Shown here one piece after another: positions 1 through 12,120 of a stretch of DNA of 64,000 nucleotides (within the stretch, counting starts at the first letter, position 1; each line of letters starts with the position of its first letter). The position numbers and the translations under genes are program-made. The notes under the pieces are model-generated. The model did not search any database. It was not told the DNA's origin and was given only the letters and a program-made list of their open reading frames with translations. This DNA is from Haliotis cracherodii (Eukaryota): the NCBI RefSeq assembly GCF_022045235.1, contig NW_027266268.1, positions 28,024,001 through 28,088,000 on the forward strand, given 5' to 3'.

Positions 1-82
1 CCCGCGGTCCTCGTCCGGGTCCTCTTCTTGGTCCTCCCCTGGGTCCCCCTCTGTAATCCATCACTGGCCGAGGTCCTCTGGC
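1..82 (-). CDS. Gene 1 downstream coding exon (runs off window), RGG-rich: ARGPRPVMDYRGGPRGGPRRGPGRGPR
   Basis: Acceptor tttacag at 83; phase-0 open frame with RG/RGG composition matching the upstream exon. Confidence 0.55.
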
Positions 83-389
83 CTGTAAACACAGGATCAT
101 ATGAAAACTACTGCACAGTAAAAGCAATCATAGAAATTGGCACTCGTCCTGCAGTCCTTGCCAAACTGCCCAATAGTAAAGATATCAGAAGGATAAGTAG
201 AAATTTTCCATTTTTAAGGGTTTTGCTATATGTCATTCTTATAAGGACTAGTGTACTAAAACTGTTACTTTCTATCGCTGAAAATGTCAACAAAGATAGA
301 CATAGACCATCTGTATCTTGATGGTTTAACACTTGGATTACGACAAGAATCCCTCGATGTTAAAGTATCAGATTACTCCATGTCGTTAC

Positions 390-551
390 AGCGAGGCAGC
401 CTAGACCCTGCCTCCATGGCTGTCTCTCTTGTAGGGGTGGTCGTCTCCCCTGGGGCCCATTGGTCGTCCTCCCATCCCGTTGCCATAGGGACCCATTCCC
501 TGCTCCCCCTATGTGCCTCCCCCCAAGGTCCTCATCTGGTAATTTCCATCC
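390..551 (-). CDS. Gene 1 possible internal Gly-rich exon (may be degenerate)
   Basis: GC-rich island with acceptor gaacag and weak donor gct|gtaacg; 162 nt phase 0/0, but the most protein-like frame (GMGPYGNGMGGRPMGPRG) is a different one containing a stop. Confidence 0.3.
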
Positions 552-904
552 CTGTTCACCCATAAAATGCATTCAGATTGGATGGTAAGACTTATCATAG
601 TCAATTCCAGGGGAGTGCAATATAAAAAATATAACCATAACATGATAACATTGCAATACGGCTGTCAGTAATACAAGGATTGCAATACAACCCTTGTGTA
701 TCGATGTTTTTTAATAGTCACTGAAGAATTAATATATAAAAAATTATATAATTTTTTCTGCTATCTTGAGCAATGTTGAGGCATTTGGATGGACGGAGTT
801 CCTATGTGAACCAAGTAAACGGCAGACGTTTCACGCTGTTGACATAAACATTCCATGTTGATGATTTAATAGGTATTCTTGTTTCTCCATACTACCCATC
901 TCGT

Positions 905-1110
905 GGTCTGTAAATAATCGAGTCTGGACCAGACAGTCCAGTTACTGACATCATGAGCACCGATACACGCGTATGGTATACGATGACATGCACAAACCAA
1001 GTCAGCGAGCCTGATCACCCGATCCCATTAGCCGCCTTTTACGACAAGCATAGTTGCCTTTTATGGCAAGCTTGGGTTGCTGAAGACCTATTCTACCCGA
1101 GATCTTCACA
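905..1110 (-). mobile_element. SINE-like family B copy
   Basis: Matches family B body and head of other copies. Confidence 0.8.
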
Positions 1111-1276
1111 ATTCTGGATTATTGAATGAAGAAGTACCATTAAGACAGTACAAATACATATCATTTGAGCCACAATAGGTATTGCAGTATGTATTGCAAT
1201 ACAACTTTCCATGTTGTGATATATTGCAATACAATATACGTGCCAAAACGCCAACCAGTCGACTCTAGGACCTGAA

Positions 1277-1610
1277 GAGGTGAGGTGAAATTGGGTTTAA
1301 CATCGCGTCCAAAATTATTGCATTTATATACGACATGCCTGCACGTGTGTGTGTGGCTGCTTGTACTAGTCCAGACTGATGACAATTTATAGTGCTAGCT
1401 CACTGAGATACTATGCCGCAGTTTAACATGAATATCCCACTCAAACACAGTATCCTGACTCCAAGCCCTTGTTTTAGCCCCTTAATGCCGAGCGTCAGGC
1501 AGGGTTATAACAAGTACCATCTTTTAACGTCTTATGGTATGACGCGGGATCGAACCCCGGACCTTCCGCTCTCCAGGCGGACGCTCTACAACTGGACCAC
1601 GGAGACGGTC
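1277..1610 (-). mobile_element. tRNA-derived SINE family D (Meta/MESC-type body)
   Basis: A/B-box head, body motif gtgagctagcactataaa, (tcacc)n tail; several copies in window. Confidence 0.8.
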
Positions 1611-1640
1611 AGGACCAGAGGAAGCAAAAGAAAGACTCAC

Positions 1641-2126
1641 CAAGCCATGCTGTCCCATCCCTCTGCCTCGTACTCTCACTGGGCCAGGACCTATCCCTTC
1701 ACTATAGTATGGATCTTCATAGCCCTCATACTCATAGTTGTAAGGCTCTTCGTACGCCTCCTCATACTCGTAGTCATAGCCACCAGACTGCCCCATGCCT
1801 ACGTTGCTCACGCGATCGGTGAGTTTATCAATGACATCACTCTGTTTCCTCAGGAGCTCCACAAACGTAGCCTGTCGATTGGATGAAGGGCCATCTTGAT
1901 ATCGATGACCTTCATACTGACTGTCATCATACTGTGTGTCCCCGTATTGATGACCTCCGTACTGACTGTCATCATACTGTGTGTCCCCGTATTGATGACC
2001 TCCGTACTGACTGTCATCATACTGTGTGTCCCCGTATTGATGACCTCCGTACTGACTGTCATCATACTGAGTGTCTCCGTACTGACGATTTTCAAACTGA
2101 TCAGCTTGACGGAAGTTGCGCCTCAT
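1641..2126 (-). CDS. Gene 1 coding exon: Y/G/D/Q low-complexity region with 14-aa repeats, short coiled coil and Tyr/Glu-rich segment
   Basis: Acceptor ctttttatttag|ATG at 2127, donor TTG|gtgagt at 1640, 486 nt phase 0/0, open ORF with strong compositional bias. Confidence 0.7.
1900..2090 (-). repeat. 42-bp coding minisatellite (YGDTQYDDSQYGGHQ-type unit), about 4.5 copies
   Basis: Direct tandem repeats visible in DNA and in translation. Confidence 0.9.
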
Positions 2127-2701
2127 CTAAATAAAAAGACCAGAATGTGAATGATTATTAAACGTCTCTGACTGAGTGAGTGAGTGAGTATGGTTTTATG
2201 ATGCTTTTAGCAATATTCCAGCAATATCATGGCAGGGACACAAGGAATGGGTTTCACACATTGTACCCATGTCGGGAATCGAACCACGAGGTGACCAACA
2301 CTAAACACTTCTGAAGAAGCCAGTGGAAGTGGGCCGTCAGGGGTCATCAAGTGTGCATAAGCTCCCCTCAGTAATCTTTTATCTCTACATGCGATGTCAC
2401 TGAAAAAGCCCAGTGATGTTGTGAGTTTTCAATATTTGTTTACTAAATATAGCGGCGCATTTTATAGCAGGCGCCAGTTTATGAAAGCATTTTATTTTCA
2501 ATATATTTATTATTTCAGTTTTAACTTAACTAATGGGGATGAATGGTTTGCAAATGGGAACTAAAATGCACATTTTTTTTTTTGATTTTGTAGTTTTCAT
2601 TATTACACACAGAAATGCAGTTTATTTCAATACGTCGCCGGTACAAATATTATCTATCTCCCGTGGACTTGTTTTGTAATAAAACAATTAGATTTGTATT
2701 G

Positions 2702-3132
2702 CTTGGTTGGTTGGTTTGTTGTTTAACGCTGCACTCGGCAATATTCCAGCTATATGACAGCAGTCTGTAAATAATCGGGGACGGTCGGGTAGCCTAGTGG
2801 TTAAAGCGTTCGCTCGACACACCAAAGTTTTGTACATGGGTACAATGTCGGAAGCCGATTTCTGGTGTCCCCAGCCATGATATTGCTGGAATATTGCTAA
2901 AAGCGGCATAAAATCAAACTCACTCACTGTAAATAATCGAGTCTGGACCAGACAATCCAGTGATTAATATCATAAGTATCGATCCACGCAGTCGGGATCG
3001 ATGACATGCATCAACCAAGTCAGTGAGCCTGACCACCCGATCCCGTTAGTCGCCTTTTACGACAAGCATAGTCGCCTATGACGCTAAGCATGGGTTGCTG
3101 AAGACCTATTCTATCCCGGATCTTCACGGATA
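2702..3132 (-). mobile_element. SINE-like family B, full length, interrupted by a family A SINE
   Basis: TSD agatttgtattg at 2690-2701 and 3133-3144. Confidence 0.85.
2778..2926 (+). mobile_element. tRNA-derived SINE family A nested in family B
   Basis: Head tagcctagtggttaaagcg, (cact)n tail, 13-bp TSD ctgtaaataatcg. Confidence 0.85.
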
Positions 3133-3439
3133 AGATTTGTATTGACAAGAGTGGATACAAGGCTATACGAGCTGAGAAAGGGGTTGTAAACAATTCTAAT
3201 GCATTTTCAAAGGGACAAAGAGTGCAAATAAACCTGTGTGTCAGGGTATTGTGTTTATCTTATTGTTTTCACTTTTTTTGTTGCATTTATTCCTCTCACA
3301 AAAAACGTTGTATTAGCAGGATGAAGTAGTTTCATGTCAAATGTTTTGGCTATAGTAAACTGGCATGGAATTTTCCACGCAAGCCATTTTCACTCACTAG
3401 GCCTACACTTCGTCAGCAATGATTCCAAAGCCGACTCAC

Positions 3440-3460
3440 CCTTGTGGCGTCAGTATCCAT
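3440..3460 (-). CDS. Gene 1 candidate first coding exon (MDTDATR)
   Basis: ggcATGg start context, strong donor AGG|gtgagt, phase 0 compatible with exon at 2126. Confidence 0.5.
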
Positions 3461-4093
3461 GCCTCTGCCTTCCTAGTTCTTTATTATGATGTTATCATTA
3501 CGGTGTTCCCTCCCACACGTTTCTGGGACAAAATCACCCCATGAATTATTAAAACCCTGTCATTCATGTGTACATGTGAACTGAACGAATTGAATTGCCC
3601 GGAGCCGTTTGCGCCATATAGGCTCAGCCCTCACTACACGAGATCTTGTAGATTACAGAATGGGACAAGTGTCCCAAATGGCATCGGGATCACCCGTGAC
3701 TGTCTGTAGAGTAAGGTCCCAAGAAAGCCAAACCCGTAACCCTCGTACGTATCCGTCCCCTAGTCGACCCTTTATGTTCAGTACCGTAATGAATCACACA
3801 TGAGTTGGTAATTCGCACTAAGTTTAACAGTGAGGACGTAGCTCAGTCAGTTCGCTGTCGGCATAACAAACTGAAGGTTGTGGGTTCGCGTCCGACATAT
3901 TCTCACAAAAACTGGTTGTTTGTTTTTGAGACAAGTGACGTTCGGCAGATATCGTCTCTAAGCATGGAAACTTAATACGATTTAGGGTCCATGCTCTAGG
4001 TGAAGATTATATTCATAAATGATAGGTAAACGGATGACAAAACAACTTCATTAATCGTAAAAACTGTATTATCGCAAATACGTTTTTGTTATA

Positions 4094-4268
4094 CAGTAAA
4101 GTACGGTATTAACAAACTCAAAGGGACTACTAATTTTAGTTCGTTATAACCGTACTTCGTTATAAGCATATATACAGCATAACTATAGCAAATAGTTGGG
4201 ACCAAAAAGTAAGTTTGTTATATCTGTCAGTTCGTTATAAGCGTATTCGTAATAACCGTAGTTTACTG
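4094..4268. mobile_element. pogo/Tigger-type MITE
   Basis: TIR cagtaaa.tacggt / accgtagtttactg flanked by TA on both sides. Confidence 0.75.
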
Positions 4269-4298
4269 TATGACGATTGGGCAAGAGTCATAAGTGAT

Positions 4299-4743
4299 TA
4301 GGGCTGGGATGGGTAACTCGGGTCGGGTAGGTCCTGAATAGGTTAGTCACGTGATATATTGTTTAATCACAAAAACTCACTATAGCTCGGTGGTTACACT
4401 ACAAGTCGCTAATGTTCCCATTTCTTTCTGACGATGCACACATTCCTTTTGACTTGTATATGTTTGAGTAAAGATATTAAAAGCTTCAGTCAACTTCAGT
4501 GTACGCATGATCTGATCATTGATACTTGTATCAAAACAGTTTTTGCCCGGGCTGCGGTAAAAAAAATTCCCAATCAGACATTTTGTAGGTCACATCTTGA
4601 GACCTACAGTGGGTACCGGGGTAGGGTCAGGTAACAGGGGGTAGGGTCAGGTAACAGGGGGTAGGGTCAGTTAACAGGGGGTAGGGTCAGGTAATAGGGG
4701 GGTCGGGTACCCGGGTAGTAATTTTGGACTCGTCCCAGCCCTA
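4299..4743. mobile_element. hAT-type MITE with internal 20-bp G-rich tandem repeat
   Basis: TIR tagggctggga / tcccagcccta; 8-bp TSD taagtgat/taagagat. Confidence 0.8.
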
Positions 4744-5129
4744 TAAGAGATGTTATTCACAGATCGTTTATCACGGTTGCTCCCGACAATAGCCGTCACG
4801 ACATGTTTATTCCCACTGTGATACATAGCTACGATAAACAACAAGCATTACAAGGGCATAACGAGGTAAACATGGCCTTCGATCCGTGAATAGCGGATGC
4901 AGGCAAGTCCACATGTCTGATTTACATGCTGCGGTATCAGTTGCTTTCTTACTCCATGTCTTAGTGGGCACTAATGTCGAATAGAAACAGATTACAAATA
5001 CATGTCAGACTGCTTACATTGTCCCTTGTCACTCGAACTGTGTACACACTCGATCAGCCGCTTCCTATTTGTAAGCTACAGATGGTTCTTAGCTGAAACT
5101 GCAACGCGTCAAAACGGCACAGTGATGCG

Positions 5130-5310
5130 TCAAAACAGCCATCTCGACATGGCGAACACAAGAGAGGGTGGACGAGATAACCTCGAAGACGATACAAGAT
5201 CAGGGAGACCTGTTAAGAAATGTTGATAAAATACAGGATATGATTATTGATGATCGACGACTCACCACACATCACAAAGCTAATGCTACGGTAGCGTAGT
5301 GGGGTCATGG
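5130..5310 (+). mobile_element. mariner transposase fragment (HTH region)
   Basis: Translates GRDNLEDDTRSGRP then, after frameshift, KIQDMIIDDRRLT. Confidence 0.65.
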
Positions 5311-5324
5311 TGATTTTTTTTGGT

Positions 5325-5686
5325 CTAAGTATCTCCTACGTAGGACTTTGTATCTTCTACGTAGGACTTAGTATCTCCTACGTAGGACTTACTATCTCTT
5401 ACATAGGACTAAGTATGGCCTAGAATTACTATCTCCAACGTAGGACTTAGTATGGACTAGAATAACTATCTTCTACGTAGGACTTAGTATCTCCTACGTA
5501 GGACTTATTACCTCTTATGTAGGACTTAGTATGGACTAGAATCACTATCTCCTACGTAAGACTTAGTAACTCCTACGTAGGACTTAATATCTCTTAATAT
5601 AGGACTTAGTAACTCCTACGTAGGACTTAATATCTCCTACGTAGGAGATACTAAGTCCTACGTAGGAGATAATAATTCCTACGTAG
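5325..5686. repeat. About 21-bp minisatellite (cctacgtaggacttagtatct) with orientation switch at 5640/5641
   Basis: Tandem units; near-perfect palindrome 5613-5668. Confidence 0.85.
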
Positions 5687-5687
5687 A

Positions 5688-5817
5688 GGGGCGGTCGGGT
5701 AGCCTAGTGGTTAAAGCGTTCGCTCGTCACGCCGAAAACCCGGGTTCGATTCCCGACATGGGTACAATGTGTGAAGCCCATTTCTGGTGTCCCCCGCCGT
5801 GATATTGCTGGAATATT
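5688..5817 (+). mobile_element. SINE family A
   Basis: Intact A box and B box (ggttcgattcc). Confidence 0.85.
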
Positions 5818-5829
5818 CTGTACTCCTGA

Positions 5830-6890
5830 CCATCATCTTTGGTGAGAATAAACACGAATTGTTTTATAGGCATTACCTAGAAGTTGACGGATGACAAAGT
5901 AGATAACAACTTCTTTAATTACTGGGAAGGCGACGTTTCGGAAAAAGATCCTTAAACCGTTGTCATGCAAGGCCGAATAATGAGCATGGTACAGAATATA
6001 TATAGTAGGTGGAGAATTAACAGTAGATGACAAACAGTAACAACGATTGCATACACGAGTGGGATAATATGACTAGGTTAAGTAATGACAATAGAAGGAT
6101 AATAATGTAACAACAGACCCGTGGAGATCCGGGGTAGTGAGTGAGTGAGTTAGGTTTTACGCCGCTTTTAACAGTATTCCAGTTATATCGCGGCGTGTCA
6201 GCTTAATGTTGGTGAAAGCCCGAAGTGATGCAGGTCTCAGACGTTTACCACTTTGGTGAAACCCACGAGACAGGTATGATGCTGACAAACCTAGAAACAT
6301 AATCGGGGCGAACCGGGATTCGAACCCACAATCATAGGTTTCTAGCGTGCCCAAGGGACGCAACTCTGCACAGCGATTCGCGGCGCCTTAGACGACTAGG
6401 CGACTAACGGGATCGGGTGGTCAGGCTCGCTGTCTTGGTTGATGCATGTCATCGATCCCAACTGCGTGGATCAATGTTCATGATGTCAATCCCTTAATTG
6501 TCTGGTCCAGACTCGATTATTTACAGACCGCCGTCATATAGCTGGAATATTGCTGAGTGCTGCGTTAAACAAACAAACAAACAAACAAACAACATGATGG
6601 GCAGAGAACACATGAGGTGGAAGGCAATAAGACACATGAAGCCAAGTTTACATAGGTGTGGCGATTATTGCTCAATGAGTTCACAGTAGGCCGATGTGAT
6701 GAAATCGCCTTGATCTCTGTTGATTGATGGCGTGTGGCGGCGAATGTGGACTGCTTCTGTTAGTTTTCTTTTAGTGAAGTCATGGAGGTTGTTGGAGAGG
6801 ATTTGGATATTTTCCCACTTGATGTTGTGATTGAGGGAGTTGCTGATATGGTCCGAGATGGCTGATTTACTGTCTGATTTGATGGTTAAA
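5830..6890 (-). mobile_element. Penelope-like element 3' remnant (GIY-YIG C-terminus and terminal repeat), interrupted by SINEs
   Basis: About 6890-6665 translates SAISDHISNSLNHNIKWENIQIL...KRKLTEAVHIRRHTPSINRDQG, typical of the Penelope endonuclease end; degenerate hammerhead at about 5928-5968. Confidence 0.75.
6116..6592 (+). mobile_element. SINE-like family B interrupted by family C SINE (6138-6400, minus)
   Basis: B head gacccgtggagatcc, C body in reverse, B resumes at gcgactaacggg. Confidence 0.8.
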
Positions 6891-6899
6891 GAAAATAAA

Positions 6900-7140
6900 T
6901 GGTTGAGTCTTGGTGACAGTCAAAACAGTGGAAAAAAATAACGTCTCTCCCTCCGAAGATGGCAAAGTCTGTTTTATTATTTTGGCGAGGTGATGACTTC
7001 GGTTTTCTGGTATTCCGAAGGAATGAAACTATACCTCCCGAAAGGTCGGACCATTAATATTCAGTATTATGCCTACTGAGGCATTTGGGTGAGAACATCA
7101 AGGCTATACGTTGTGGAAAATTTAGGAAAGATGAGTTGTT
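6900..7140 (+). mobile_element. mariner transposase catalytic-region fossil
   Basis: Degenerate KQW..SPPPKxAK / VMTSVFW / GRTINxxYY motifs with frameshifts. Confidence 0.55.
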
Positions 7141-7673
7141 GAGTTGTGAGTTGTGAGTTTGCACAATGCTTTCCAACCAGTTCTTCCTTCAAGTTCGGGA
7201 GGATGTAATCTGACGGTGCCAAATCTGGTGAATACGGAGAATGTTCAATGAGATCCCGTATCTTTGGCGGAAGTGTGTGGACCTCGAAGGGGATAATATT
7301 AAAAAATAATAAGCAATTTTACTCCACAAACGTAATCCATTATAGACACGCTCAGGGCAGCCGCATCTCATATAGTAACTAAATCACGAAGGCAGGCGGA
7401 CGCCAGCCAAAATGACTCGTGATGTGGATTTTTAGATACATGTAACTGTTTCGTTTTTTCTTAACGTAGATAATTCAACTGCCAATGGACTACCGGAAGA
7501 CTAATGTTGTTGATTTTTTAGCCATAGATTTCATCTTATCTGAGTGCAACCATTCAGCACCTAGGTTAGGCACACACCATGATTGTCGCTAACCGATAAC
7601 TAACACCTGTGGTGTTTTAGATGGTAGCTTCTATCAGCTATTTATGAAGATGCCGCCACTTGCCTTAGTGCTG

Positions 7674-7915
7674 ATCGTGGGATTCCGGGTTAGTACTGGT
7701 CCTCAGCAACTCATGCTTGTCTCCTCGTGGAGATCCCGGGTTAGACAAGGTCCCCAGGAACCTATGCCTGTCTCCCCGAGGGACTTCCGGGTTGGAATTG
7801 GTCCTTAACAACCTATGGTCTCATGCCGTAAGGATTACGGGTAAGAATATTTCAGCGACCTATGCTAGTCTCCCCGAGAGATTCCTGGTTAGAATTGGCC
7901 CCAGCGACAACTTCT
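7674..7915 (+). repeat. About five degenerate tandem copies (about 50 bp) of the family B 5' head
   Basis: Repeated cgtgggattccgggttag..ggtcctcagcaac.catgc units. Confidence 0.7.
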
Positions 7916-8149
7916 GGTCACATAAGTCGTGGACTTGTGTGTCATTGTGCACCGACGGCGCCTTTGGAATATTTCAAAGACGAACCTTTGTGTACTATCA
8001 AAACATTTCATCTATCTGCAACCATTTCCCAATGGAACCCGTTGAATGATTGTCAATGCGCAATAAGTGGCTTGATTTCAAGTGGAAATATATCCGTCAA
8101 CTCTCCGCTGTCATATTGATTTGCATAATTACATCTGTGATGTATGCTT

Positions 8150-8368
8150 CTTGGTTTTTGAGACCGCACTCAGCAACCCTCCAGCTATATGAAATAATCG
8201 AGTCTGGACCAGACAATCCATCGATTGACATGATGAGCATCGGTAAACACAATTGGATTAGGAAGACATGCATCAACCAAGTCAGCAAGCCTGACCCCCG
8301 AACCCCTTAGTCGCCTATTACGACAAGCATGGGTTGCCGAAGACACAGGTCCCGGATCTTCACAGGTC
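8150..8368 (-). mobile_element. SINE-like family B
   Basis: Full head and body match. Confidence 0.8.
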
Positions 8369-8807
8369 CAGTTTCATCAGTGAGTGAGTGAGTGAGTGAG
8401 TATGGTTTTACGCCGAGATCACCGAAACATAACATTGTTCAAATATGACTGCAGGTAAAATTGGATGTAGACGATAGTGGACGACGCCTAGCCAAGAGCG
8501 AGTTGAGTGTAACGCCGATTTAGACAGTGTTCTGGTTATATCACGGCGTGTCAGCTTAATGTGAAGGGGAAAGTGATGCAGGTCGCAAGGGACGCAACTC
8601 TACACAACGAATTGCCGCGCTTTAGACGACTGGGCCACCCGTGCCACCAATCCTCAAGCCCACTCCCTCCCAGCCAAGCAAATACTTACTTAGAACCAGG
8701 GTTTGCTGTGGTTTACCTATCATATAGAATCCAATATATAGGTAATCGATGTTGCAACAATGGCAAATCAACAAACTTGAAGAAACACCCTTGTTCACCT
8801 GTTCGGA

Positions 8808-8970
8808 GTGAGTGAGTATGTTTTTTTGCCGCTTTTAGCAATATTCCAGCAATATCACGGCGGGGGACACCAGGAATGGGCTTCACACATTGTACCCATG
8901 TCGGGAATAGAACCCGGGTTTTCGGCGTGACGAGCGGACGCTTTAACCACTAGGCTACCCGACCGCCCCT
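8808..8970 (-). mobile_element. SINE family A
   Basis: TSD tcacctgttcgga on both sides. Confidence 0.9.
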
Positions 8971-10118
8971 CACCTGTTCGGAAGACGACAGAACAGATTG
9001 GTGATTATGAGATAAGCAGTTGATGAACCAGAGCATGCTAAAAGTCGGACCCCACATTCCCGAGCTCTGCGTTAGAGCAATGAGGAATGTCGTGTGATAC
9101 TCAACACAACTATGTGTCACCGACATCACTGTTGTAAGAACACATGCGGATGACTGTACAAGATATCTCCATAGGCGACGAATAATTTGTTTTTTCCCCA
9201 GTTTAGTATTGTAAATAATTGCTCAGCAGATCAGCAGAAAAAGCAAGTGCTTACGCTTTAAAATTTCTATCAAAATCATCACATTGAATTTAGATTATTT
9301 TCTTTTATATGCATAGCCGCCCCCCCCCCCCCTCCCAAAAAAAGAACCAATTACAAAAAAACAAAAAAACACCAAAACAACCACAACAACAACCCCTCCC
9401 CCCAAAAAAACAAAACGCACAAACAAAACGAGATATTTCACGTTATCTACTGTTTGCGTTCCTTGTGTTCATAGCCAAAACGCAAATTGCTTCGCTGATT
9501 CAATGATTTTGTTCAATCATTGTGTTTTTATTAAAGTGTCAAAAAATTCTTTACATTTATCGAAGTGTTTACCATGTGTTCTTTAGGCAAATGGCAGACA
9601 CAAAGGTACATTTATAGGATCTGATGTTCATGACTGGGCAAATGCAGGAAAATTGATCAAGACGCCAATCAAGCTTCAATCTCACCACTGCTGCGTAGAA
9701 AAGAGAGGTTGTTACGTACAGTCAAGATTACATCTGTTGTCAACTCTCTAATGCTCACAAGCAGACTGTTGAAAAAACACTTATATTATGTGCATGGAGA
9801 ACAAAACTTTGCACTTAGAGGTCATGTTGAAGAAGTAATCAATTTCTTAGCACTCTAACGGGCGGGCAGGCTCGCTGACTTAGTTGATGCGTGGATCGAT
9901 GCTCATGATGTCAATCACTGGATTGTATGGTCCAGACTCGATTTATTTACAGACCACCGTCATATAGCTGGAATATTGCTGAGTGCGGCGTTAAACAACA
10001 AAGAAACAAACTAAAGAGCGTATTTCTCTTTCTGTCAGACAGATTTCAACCAATGAACAAGGACAAGCAACACTGAGGGAGTCAGCAATGGGGCATCGAC
10101 AGAAGATTACAGAACTCT

Positions 10119-10311
10119 GTGAGTGAGTGAGTGAGTGAGTGAGTGAGTGAGTGAGTGAGTGAGGTTTTACGCCGCGTTTAGCAATATTCCAGCAATATTA
10201 CGACGGGGGACACCAGAAATGGGCTTCACACATTGTGCCCATGTGGGAAATCGAACCCGGGCCTTCGGCGTAACGAGCGAACGCTTTAAACTCTAGGCTA
10301 CCCCACCGCCC
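10119..10311 (-). mobile_element. SINE family A with long (cact)n tail
   Basis: TSD cagaactctgtga. Confidence 0.9.
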
Positions 10312-10789
10312 CAGAACTCTGTGAAACAGCAAGACGTTCAAATTCCCTATCCCAAATCCCAAATCATCATTTGATGTTGTTTGTGGAAAGTCTGATTGCC
10401 CTTGAAGAGGATAGTAACTCGAGTGCAAGGTCCCTTAGATGGTCAATGCTGACCTATAATTTTATCATTGGTCTTGTTGGTGCTATGTACAGCATTCAAT
10501 ACACTGTGCAGCTATCAGTCATGTTGCAGTCTACATCAGTTGGCTTCATTCGAGCATCCAGTGCAGCCTCGGTTGTCATCAGTAGACAATTCCTTGATGA
10601 TGACACTGTTTGGGAAGAATTGTTCCAAAAGGCCTCAGATTTGTCCTTCAATCCTTCAATTCTTCTATGCCAAGGTGTGTTTGGCGACAGACCATGCGTG
10701 ATAATGTTCCTGGGTCCACACCAGAAATGTACTTGAAGAGAACTCTGTACTGTCCCTTGCTAGATCATCTGTGCATGCAATTAGATCAG

Positions 10790-11102
10790 GTGAGGTGAGG
10801 TGAAATTGGGTTTAACGTCGCGTCCAAGATTATTGCACTTCTATAGCGACGTGCATGCATGTGTGTGTGTTTGTGGCTGCTTGTACTAGTCCGGACTGAT
10901 GCCGATTTATAGTGCTAGCTCACTGAGATACCATGCCGCAGTTTAACATGAATACCCCACTCAGACACAATATACTGACCCCGAGCCGACCAGTCCTTGT
11001 TTAGCCGAGCGCCAGACATTTTGGTATGACGCGGCCGGGGATCGGACCCTGGACCTTCCGCTCTCCAGGCGGACGCTCTACCACTAGACCACGGAGGCGG
11101 TC
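10790..11102 (-). mobile_element. SINE family D, full length
   Basis: TSD caattagatcag. Confidence 0.9.
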
Positions 11103-11769
11103 CAATTAGATCAGAGGCTGATGTGTCCCAGTGGTTTTCAAGCGCAGTATTTCGTTCCTAGTTCGCTTCACAATCTCACAGATGAGATATTTGGACAGTT
11201 CGTAGAATTGCAGCAATATACCCATGAGCAGCAATCTATTGAAATCGGAAGATGGAAGTCACGTTAGCAAGACGTCCCTGCATATAGGAAACCATCATGC
11301 CTATTGGCAACACTGGATTTTGCAAAACAAGATAAATATCCACGTTGCCGTCAAACCGCTTGTTACAATGCAGTATCTTCTGTTACTGCTGAGCGTCCAT
11401 TCAGTGCCATGAGACGTGTCAAAACCTATCTCTGGTCTACAATGATAACCGAGCGGTTAATGCACTAGCATTAATTCATATCCACAGAGAGTTTGGTGTT
11501 GACTTTGATAAGGTTTTTGACAACTTTTCACAAAGGCAAACAAGAAAAAATACGCTATGTGAATGTTTTAACCTGGTTAAAAGTTTTTTGTTTCACCTGG
11601 AAATGAAATGTCAGTCACATGTGTCCCTGAGGAGTATTAGTTTAAAAAAAATAAATTTTTCTGCATTGGTCTGCAATTTGTCAGAAAATGTAAACGTGGC
11701 ATCATTCATTTAGAATACGTTTTAGAAACTGCTTATGTTTGGTTCGCCTTTTTGTCATTTCCCCGTTTT

Positions 11770-12120
11770 TCAACATTACGACATTCAAGGCCTCAGTAAA
11801 GCTTTCAAACAAGTTTTATGGTAGACATGTAGTGGACTTTCCCACTGACGCAACAGTGACAAAAATGATGTCCGATGCAATTCCCTATTTTGACTTGAAC
11901 CATATGTTCCCCTGTTTTTTTCCGGTGAACAATTGATTTGCCTTTGCATGTGTTTGTGCCAGGTGCCACCGGTGGGGCAGGATACGCTAATCTTTTCGCG
12001 AACACCTGGTATCATCACTATTTGATAGTGATTCATGAACACATGCTCATGATATAGTCGGATCGTACAGTCGACTCTGCTTTATGCAGAGATTTCTACT
12101 GGGTATGGAAAGGGTTTTTG
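11770..12120 (+). mobile_element. Penelope-like RT C-terminal/3' fragment (same family as 18440, 26970, 31330)
   Basis: FKASVKLSNKFYGRH; shared 3' motif ggtgccaccg..gaacacctg. Confidence 0.65.

Larger units (their letters stand above)
9500..11560 (+). mobile_element. Decayed hAT transposase (THAP12/ZMYM1-like), split by three SINEs
   Basis: YLKRTLYCPLLDHLCMQLD and hAT dimerisation motif TAERPFSAMRRVKTYLWSTMITERL..LALIHIHR at about 11385-11490; stops and frameshifts. Confidence 0.8.

Noticed and set aside
3833-3905. tRNA-like sequence (tagctcagtc...ggttcgcgtcc)
   Set aside because: Stems do not close into a cloverleaf; at best a decayed SINE head or pseudo-tRNA
5688-5765. SINE A/C/D heads as tRNA genes
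   Set aside because: Continue into SINE bodies and microsatellite tails with TSDs
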